A stretch of 64,000 nt of DNA from Saccostrea cucullata. Lineage: Eukaryota. Under the pieces are notes generated by a model. That model was given only the letters and a program-made list of their open reading frames with translations. It did not search any database and had not been told where the DNA came from. The stretch spans positions 620,001 through 684,000 of the forward strand of contig NW_026937303.1 of NCBI RefSeq assembly GCF_032062105.1. The letters run 5' to 3'. A program made the position numbers and the translations under genes. Shown here piece by piece: positions 21,028-31,494 of the stretch (position 1 is the stretch's first letter; every line of letters starts with the position of its first letter).

Positions 21028-24000
21028 TTACAAAGGATTTTTAAACCTGTATAATTAAAAACATTCCTAAATAAAAACCGTTATATTTATGAATATTAAC
21101 TACGTCAATGCAAGCCAAAACTGGGAAAAAGAAGGCATATCAATCGTGTGGAAAAAAAATACCGTAAACGCGCATAAATGAGCTCGGTAAAACTCCTCTT
21201 CTGATGAATAGCGTTCAATATTTATTTCCCTCTTTTAGAAGATTTTATGATACATACAAATTATATATTTAAAGCATAATAAACATCACAGAAAATACAT
21301 ATGGCGGGTGAAAATAACATAAAGATATGTCACAGAGAAACGTACGCAATGACACCACAAACAAATTTTGAACATGTACGAGGGCTGTTCAATAAATAAT
21401 GTCCTCGGTGCTTGGTAAGATGCAAAAGACGCTTTGCAATGATTTATTCTTAATGATTTAACTTAATATTCTCTTTTAATTAAAAAAAACATGTCCGTAA
21501 CATGTTAAAATCCTATTTCTGATTGTTTTTAGAATTTTTGGGCATTACCCATAGTATACTGGAAAATGGCAGATCCTATGATTTACTGGACTTGTTTCTT
21601 TCTTCTGAATTTTTTTTTTAATTTGGAAATAGAAACAAGTAAAAAGATCAAATATCTGCCGAATATTGTTAATGTGAAAAAACTTTAACTTTCTGTTTAT
21701 TCCCAAAACTCCTTTACAGTCTTCAGGGCGTGCGGGTTTGGACGCTGTCATGAAGAAATTTAATGTCATGGATTCCTGATTCTTGGTCCTTCCCCTAATA
21801 ACCTTTCGATTTAAAAAAAAAATTGCTTTCTAGACTCCTCAAGAAATTAAACCGTCTTCCCGAGTTCGAATTTTAACAACAATACCACTAATATTTAAGA
21901 AAATTGCATATAAATCTGTCTTTGTGCTTTTGCAATTCTTTGGTCTTGTCAGGCCTTCTTTGTTTTTGTTAAGTAAATCGTATGGTAAATTTTGTTTTGA
22001 GGGTTTTAAGCAATGCCGACGGAAGTTTTTCATACCAGTTGTTAGTCCATTATTTATACACTGAATTGACGACGGATTTTTTCCCCGTTATTTCCTGATC
22101 ATGACAACGAGCACACGGCGGGTGTGACCGGTCGGCAGGGGATGCTCACTCCTCCATGGCACCTGATCCCACCTCTGATGTTTCGGAGGTCCGTGTTTGC
22201 TCTGCTCTGATTTTGTATATTGTTCAATGGACTTTGAGATTGAATACTGTTCGTTATCTCCATATCCTTCATTCAAGTTTCATATTTGTTTGAATTTCAA
22301 ACAAACATGGATAACTAAAATTACCGATATTTTAAAATGATTGTAAAGACATTCGTACACGCTGTCATTTAAACTCATTTTCAAAATACGGGGTGATCTT
22401 TGAGTGCTAAGCTTTTTTTACCGTCAAACGTTTCTTAAAAACAGTGTAAACTACTCCCGAAATGATGTCTATCGAATTTGCTATGTGTTTTAAGTCAATC
22501 ATACATCATCAAATATTATTTGTTTAAATTTTGCAAACAGTACATACGTTGCCAAAAATTTTTGTTGGCAAGGACGGTATCCATTTTTGATACCCGTTAC
22601 ACAATTTTTTATCATTGAAATCCACCTGCTCATTTGTCTCTAAAACATGCATTGGCTGCTGTAAATTTCACATATTTCATTGAATATTTTTTGGGGATTT
22701 TTAATAAGTTTTACAGCAGCTTTAATGAAGCTTTTATTTTCACTCTAGTTCACAGATTCTTTACCATTCATTTATAATGCAGTGTCTCAAATAGCCCTTG
22801 TTTTCCAGCTTCTCACAATGAAACTATGTGATAAAAAATGGTCAAATAAACTGTTATAAATCCGTTACATTGTAAAGATTAAATAATGAGAGGAAGTCAA
22901 GCTTTATGTCATATGATATCTGTATTGTATGTCATACAGTTCAGAACATTATTTATTGAACAGCCCTCGTACAAATAAATTCTTTCATGTCATTTATTTC
23001 TGATAAAGACGCTGGTTCGAACCCTTCTAGTAACATAAATATAACAAATCATTGCTTGATTGTGAGAGCTCTACGTACAAGTGTACGTCAAAGTTATCGA
23101 TTATGTTTTCAAAAAAAGCATTTTTTGATAGGTCTAGAAAGTAGGCACGCCAACACAGCATGTTTTTAAAGAGATTATTGTACATATATTAACATAAACT
23201 ACAGGTTTGTACCGAAGATGAGGGTGGGATAATCCAGAGTTTGGAGAAAAATTTGATGTCTGGATCAACATCAAACAAAAAGGTAAATTTCCAAATTTCC
23301 AAAAAACAATAAGTTTCCACGTTCCTTTCTGGGGAAATATACCGGTACTGTATTATATTGTGTTTCATTAATATTTCGAACACGTCCTTTATAAAACCAG
23401 AAAAATGTTTCCTGTTGTTCTGTAAGAAGTCGTATAATCTTGCCAAGAAGATGCTTTTTTTAGAATGTCAATTAACACAGTTTTCCCAAAGAATAATAGT
23501 TTTCGCTTGTCTAATTCCGAGATAATGAGAAGTACCCCTAGCATACTTTTGCACATATCTGATATAGTAGAAAAACTTCTAATCTCAAAAATTTCTAAAC
23601 TCAAAATCACTAAATGCTGAAATTTATTTAGGAGATGTAAATCCGTTTGTTTTAAATCGTTCCATAGCTCACATCCATGTAAAACAGTAGGAAACACAAC
23701 TTTCCTGTATACACTTACAAGGGTTAAAGGGTTGGTACTATTGGAGAGATCATTACGTATTGCAAAGTATGTTTTTCTACCTTTGTTGCGGCTATTTGTA
23801 GTTCGGCCACTTGATTTAAATCGACAATGTTGGATGTTTCCTAAATGTTGTCCCTCGACGGAAGGTTTTCACCACCTAATTTCCAAACTTGCTGTTTTGT
23901 GGGCTTGCCCTGATCAAAAACAACAATACATGAATATTGCACATTAAATGAAAGATATGGAGACAACAAACAGTATTCAATTTCAATGTCCATAAAACAA

Positions 24001-27000
24001 TACAAAATAGGAGCAGAGCAAACACGAACCTCCGCAACATCAGAGGTAGGATCAGGTGCCATGAGAAATGCCATAAACATGGATATGAAATGCCAAGTTG
24101 TTTCTTGTAAATTAAAACCAGCCGTAATGCAGCTCAGATCTCTCTGAAAATCCCTGCTGTTTAGGGTTTTGTACTTTGATTTTACTGAGAGTAATTTCTG
24201 ATATTCTATTATATAATATTTTTGGAAAAAGTTTTAACAAACAGTAGAGGCACAGTAGAGAGATAGCGATAGCTACCCGGAGAGTTGTTTGCCTTGTTAT
24301 CCCCCTTGTAAATAGGAACTACGATGCCCCTTTTCCATTCTTTAGGAATCCGTCCGACCTACATGATACTATTGAAAAGTCTGCAGACTTGGTGCGTAAC
24401 TGTGACACCACCATATCTCATATGTTCTGCTTAAATGCCGTCAAGACCCGGTACCTTGTTTAGACTTGCATTAAATAACTTGGGAGAGTTCTTTTAAACA
24501 GTATCCACAGATCTTAACTTGCCAATAAACACTCAACCAAATCAAAGCAATACTCCAAACGGAACATTGACGTATCCATACTAACTTAAGAGATTATTGG
24601 TTTGACACATACTAGTATTTTGAAGAACTTGAAGAATGATTTTAAGGAAATTTGAAGTAGTGTGCTTTAGGAGTAGAACACATACTTTTTGAAATAAAAC
24701 TTATCAGCATGGCAATCTGACGGACAGATTGGAGCGGTTATAGGCCCGAACTTAGCTTTGAAGACACTGGCAAAAGTAGATATATATATTTAAAAAGTAT
24801 ATAAAAAAACATTTATATTCTAGCAGAAAAATAAATCGTGTTTGATTGAAAAAAGAACATTAGTACATAATTACCAAGGTATTCTCCTAACATTTGAGTA
24901 GAATGTTACTTTTTTCATTGAATCAAAACCTCACAGATTTATGGTTTTACCTCCTCTGTATTTCTATTACTGCCCTTTTTAATGATTTTAGGACAATTTT
25001 TTCTTCATTAATCTCCGCCATCTTGATTTCTTTCCAAAATCAACCTTATACCAGTTTTTAAAGTATTTCTCGGATTTGAAGATGTTATGTATTCCAGAAA
25101 CAGTTTTCTGTGTTTTAGTATCTTTTCTTGGATCATCTTTTTTTCCCATTTTTAAATACAAACTTCCTTCATCTTGATTTTCACTAAAGATTACAAGAAC
25201 AAGGACGTCAGATTATGAAGAAAAATCAAAATGATTAACTTTTTGTCGGAATTTACATTGAGTTCTTCCGTATTCTTATTTTTTCCTCATTCTAGATCAT
25301 TCTAACTATTCATTGTCTTGATTTAATCATTCTCTCTTTCCTGTCCTAATTTTCTTGCACGATTGGATCAACACTAGGCGTAAAGAGAAGCAGAGCATGC
25401 ATTTTGCGTATCGAATAATTGGGAAACTTAATCCCTCTATACTCAGTATGCAGGTGAAGTTTATTTTCAAGGCGTAGAATTGAAACCAAGTTCTTTTAAA
25501 ATACAGTTAAAATAATAAGTCTTACAAACAAAGTTGATATTGTCAAAAGTCTTCTGTAATCACGTGACCTATGGCTAGGGTGGTCACGGTGTAAATTGAG
25601 GAGAGGATTAAGTCGATCTGTGATTTAATGGTTTAGTCGTTGCTCCCAAAACTTTGCAGAGGTGTTTCTATATAGTTGGAGTGTCTTTTGTGAAAATTTG
25701 GAAAAAATTGGTGAGTGTTTAGAAGTTTGTAACTTCAAAAATTATGGCCTCTCAAAATAGCAAGGATGAGAACAATTCACAGTGTAACCCAGCCTTGTCG
25801 TCGGGAGTCACTGGAGCGTCACCGCAGATGTCCGCTATTCATGATTGCTTGCGGTCAATTACCGGTAAACTGGACAATATCAATGTTCTACAGCAATCAG
25901 TAAATAATATGAATCGGGATCTATGGGACGAGGATGGGTTAGATGAGCGCATCAAATACATCGGTCAACAACATGAAGATAATGTTGGAGAAATCGAGAC
26001 GCTGAAATTAGAAAACAATTATTTGCGAAAAGAACTCCAAGTTTTAAAGTCAATCGTCGTTAACTTAGATAGAAGGGTCAGTCAGCAAGAGAATGAAATA
26101 GTGGACCTCAGAGGAAGATCGATGAGGGACAATATTCTTGTACATAACTTAGCTGAAGATGACCAGGAAAATCTGAACACTAGAGTTAGCGAGTTGATCA
26201 AGGAACATTTGAATTTGGAAGTTGGTTTCATCAGGATACACCGAAACGGTCAGAAATTCCCTGGCAACCCGAAACCAAGGACAATAACAGGGAAATTACA
26301 GAACTACAATGATAAAGAACTCATCTTCCAAGCTATTCGTCAAAAGAAGGAAAATGGCACCGCTAAGGACATGCCCTTCTATATCACTCCACAGACGCCT
26401 CTGCAAATAAATGAAAGTAAAAAGAAACTGCAGGAGATGAACAATAAATATCGAGAAGAAAACGTCAAAACAAAGATAGTGGGAAACAAGTTAGTCTTTC
26501 CAAACGGAAGCGTGTACCGGGACAAGGTGCTACCACCACGGGCTGAGGATATACTCATGTTGGACAAGGACGAAATCGAAAAACTGGATGAATGCGATGT
26601 AAGGAAGTGCGAAAGCGTAACAGAAGATGGGAACATCTTTACTTCATTAATCGCCGAAATTCACACATATGCACATGCTAGGAACGTTTACAAAAATATT
26701 CTACGCAACCCGGACTATGCCTGTGCCAACCATAATATCCTTGTATACCGATTCAAAGATGCCCAAGGGCGAGTGCATGACGGCTATTGCGACAATGGGG
26801 AATACGGGGCCGGACGTCGACTACTTAAGGTACTGGTTGAGAGAGAAGTATCGAACGTAGCGATTGTCATTTCGAGGAAGAATGGTAAACATTTAGGTCC
26901 CCGTCGGTTTGACATTATGAAGGATCTGGTAAACAAAGCCGTCAGCCACACTTGTTATTAAGAATTTTAATAGATGAACAATTACAATAAACACTGTCAC

Positions 27001-30000
27001 TGTGTTACATGCAAAAGTAATTTTTGTTAAAATTTCCAACTCATAAGTACAATTACATGTACGGTCTAATAGTACATTTTTATACTTGGCTAGTTCTTTC
27101 CGGAAAAATATTAGTTACAAAGACTGACTCATAAACTATTTAGCAATTTATATTTCCGATTGTACTTGTTTTGGGACTACTTATCAGAAGTTTTGTAAAC
27201 ATGGTAAATGCAGATTGACAAATTTCCTTTCTCCATCAGTAAATACGATCAATAGACTGATGCCAATTAGTTTCATTCACCTTGTTTGTAAATATGCACC
27301 CTTATCTCTCTTTCACGTTTCTATCCCCCTTTTCCTATCTTTCCTTTACATTGGGCATTCATTCGATTCTTTATTGATGTTTTTGTACGATTACGGTAAA
27401 AGATAATAATCTAAATATACTTACAGTTAACTGCCAGGGTCTTGGAGATAAAAATAAAAGATTAGATGTTTTTAATACTTTAAGAAAAAAGAACTATAAT
27501 GTTTATTTTCTGCAAGACACACACTTCGTTAAAAGTGACGAAAAATTTATCCAAACACAGTGGGGCTATCGGGCATTTTTCAGTTCGTATAAGTCTAATT
27601 CGCGTGGTGTTGCTATTCTTTTTAATAATAATTGCGAAATAGATATCCACAAACATTTAAGCGATGAAAATGGAAATTATATAATAATAGACTGTACTAT
27701 TGAGGGTATGAACTTTATACTTGTAAATATTTATGGGCCAAATTCTGATACACCAGTTTTCTATTCTAATTTGATGAATGAGATTGAAAAAATCTACATG
27801 TTGCAACAAATAATCATAGCAGGCGATTTTAACTTAGTTTTAGATAAGGAATTAGATTCCATGAACTATAAAAATTTGAACAATCCAAAAGCGAGACTGG
27901 AAGTTATAAGTTTAATGGAAAATTTGAATCTAAAAGATATATTTCGTGAAAACTACGCTCAAGTTAGGCGCTATTCGTGGAGAAAAAAGACACCCTTAAA
28001 ACAGGCTAGACTAGACTTTTTTCTTATATCTGAATCTTTGCTCCCTTCTGTTAGTACTGTTCAATATGAAAACAGTTACAGATCCGACCATTCTCCAGTT
28101 GTGATGTCTTTGAAAATTAATGACTTTATTAAAGGTAAAGGATTTTGGAAATTTAATAATTCTCTTTTAACAGATAAGGCTTATATTGATTCAATTAAAC
28201 AAAAAATCAATGACGTAAAAGTTCAGTATGCATGCCCAGTGTATGACTTAGATAATCTTTGTTCTGTCGATAATGAATTATTGTTGTTCACTGTTAGTGA
28301 CCAATGTTTCCTAGATATTTTACTCATGGAAATTAGAGGAAAGACTATATCTTACTCAAGTTATAAGAAAAAAAAGATGCATGAAAGAGAATTATTTTTA
28401 GAAAATGAGATTTTACATTTAGAACAAAATCTGACAGAAAGTACATTAGATACCCTTAAAATGAAACAAACAGAACTTGAAGATATACATAAGACAAAGT
28501 TAAAGGGACAGGTTGTTCGTTCTAGAATGAAATGGATTGATGAAGGTGAAAAACCGTCAAAATATTTTTGTCAACTTGAATCTAGAAATTATTTAAGTAA
28601 ACTGATACCAAGATTAGAAAAAGAAAATGGATCTATTATTTCAGATCAATATGATATTTTAAATGAAACAAAACTTTTTTATGAAAATCTATATAAAAAA
28701 AGAGAAGTTGTTGAAAATGAAAACTACAGCAAAAAATTGTCAGAATATAAAGATATCCCAAAGCTTTCTTTTGAAGAAGCTCTAAGTATAGAGGGTCCTA
28801 TAACAAAATCAGAGGTTCTAAACTTTCTTAAACAGATGAAAAATGATAAAAGCCCAGGTCCAGATGGATTCACATGTGAATTTTTTAAATTTTTTTGGAG
28901 GGATATTGGCACATTTATTACAAGAGCAATCAATGACTCATACTTAAAACAAACTTTTTCCGAACCAAACAAATTAGGGGTAATAACATGTATTCCAAAA
29001 ACTGGTAAGCCAAAACAATTTTTAAAAAATTGGCGGCCTATTAGCCTCTTAAATGTTGTATATAAATTAGCCTCAGGGTGCATTGCGGAAAGAATTAAAA
29101 AATTCTTAGATAAGCTAATACATGGGGACCAAACAGGATTTATTAAAGGTAGATTTATTGGCGAAAATATTAGATTAATATATGATATTATGCACCAAGC
29201 AGAGTCAAGAAATATACCTGGTCTCTTAATGTTTATCGATTTTGAAAAAGCATTTGATACCATTTCATGGAACTTCATAAATCAAACACTTTGTTTCTTC
29301 AATTTTGGTCAGTCAATTAGAAATTGGATAAAATGTTTCTATAATAATATAAAGTCCTGTGTTATTCAAAATGGGATAGTGTCTCAGTACTTTTACCCTG
29401 AAAGGGGTTGTAGACAAGGTGATCCTATTTCACCGTACCTTTTTTTACTTTGTGCAGAGATTCTAGGTATTTTAATTAGAAAAAATAAGGATATTAAAGG
29501 TATAACTATTGATGGTGAAGAATACAAGTTGTCACAATATGCAGATGATACATCTGTTATTTCTGATGGCTCTCCAAGCTCATTGGATGGAATTACAAGA
29601 GTGTTAGATTATTTTGCATCAATCTCGGGTCTAAAAATAAATTTTTCTAAAACTAAATTAGTCTGGATTGGAAGTAAAAAATTCTCAAAAGATGTTTTTC
29701 ATCACTCAAGATGGAAGTTTGATCCCAGTACTACATCCTTTGATTTACTAGGTGTTAAGTTTTCTGTTGATTTACATGAGATGGTAGATATTAATTACAA
29801 ATTAAAAATTGAAGAAATTAAAAAAACCATGTTACAATGGAAAGCTCGCAAACTTACTCCTCTTGGAAGATTGACTGTAATAAAAACATTATTAATTCCT
29901 AAACTAAATCATCTTGTCCTCACTTTACCAAACCCTAACGATGATGTCATGAGTGCTTTCGAAAAAGACTTGTATAATTTTTTATGGAATAATAAAAATC

Positions 30001-31431
30001 ATAAAGTTAAGAAAAATGTAATTATTCAAGAGCATAAATTTGGGGGCTTGAAAATGATAGACTATCAAAATTTTGTTACTTCATTGAAATCTAGTTGGGT
30101 AAGGCGGGTTATGTACTCAAGTGCAAAATGGGTTAAATTACTTGAAGCAGAATTGGGAATAAGTATAAATCATCTTTGGCTGTTTGGAATAGACTTTATT
30201 AAGAATCTGAGTAGTACCACAAAAAATAAGTTTTGGAAAGATGTTTTCTCTAGCTGGTATAAAGTAAATCAGGCTAAAGCTATAGCTGATTTAAGTCCTC
30301 TCCAAGAACACATATGGCATAATCCAGGAGTCACCATTGGTGGCCAGTCAATTTTCATTAAAAGTTACTTTAATTCGGGCTTTGTTTTTATCAATGATTT
30401 CTTAGATTTAAATGGAAACTTTTACAGTTTTGATTTTATTCATTATAACTTGAAGGTAAATACAAACTATGTTGAATATGCCGGACTAAGAACAGCAATT
30501 AAAAAGAGACTATCATGTTTTAAGAATTATGAAATAAAGCCAATGCCTAGACCAATGCTTCCATCCAGCCTTGAAATTTTCCTAAAGAGTAAAAAAGGGT
30601 GTAACGATATGTATAATGTTCTTATTAGAAATAAAAAGGGCAATATAACTTCAGTTATAAAATGGAGTGAAAATGGGGAAGAATTTAGTGAAAAATACTG
30701 GGAAAAAATTTTTGAGCTACCTTTCAAAACAACCCAAGAATCAAAACTTCAATGGTTACAATTCCAAATCTTACATAGAATAATTCCTACTAATTGCCAT
30801 CTTTTTAAATTAAGACTTATTGATTCACCATTATGCTCCTTCTGTGAGAAGGATATTGAAACTATTGATCACTTTTTTGTTGAATGTTCTGCTGTAAAAG
30901 AAATATGGTTAGAGATTGAAGAATGGATCTTGCAAAAAGTAAACAAGTCTGTTTGTTTTGATAGACAATCAATTTTATTTGGTAAATTTTTAAACAGAAA
31001 CTCCTACAAGTTAGAAAATCTACTTATTCTGATCATAAAACAATATATTTTTGCTAGTAAGTATGCCAAAACTATAAAATTAAACATTGAGACTTTGAAA
31101 AATGTTATTACTGAAAGAATTAGAGTAGAAATATTTCTTTTGTTAAAAAATTGTAAATATGATGAATTTGAAAGACACTGGCAGGAAATATTTGAAAAAC
31201 TTTAAAATTTTCTTTCCGCTAGCTGTTCAATAAAGTGTGTGCCCTCTCATCTCTCTCTCTCACTCACTTTCTTTCTTTCCCCCTTTCTCCCCCCCCTCTC
31301 TTTCCACATTAACTTTCACACTAGCTTTTATTATTATTATTTTTGTTTTCTGCTTTATTTGTATATGTATTTATGTATACGTCTCTTTCATATCTGTGTA
31401 ATTTGTGTGAAAGTTAAAATAAACTTCTCAA

Positions 31432-31494
<63 letters not shown>

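Larger units (their letters stand above)
25560..31490 (+). mobile_element. Full-length L1/Tx1-clade LINE, recent insertion in intron 1 of gene B2
   Basis: TSD (AAAA)GTCTTCTGTAA at 25545-25559 and 31487-31501; AATAAA at 31418-31423; A58 tail at 31433-31490; two uninterrupted reading frames. Confidence 0.95.
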
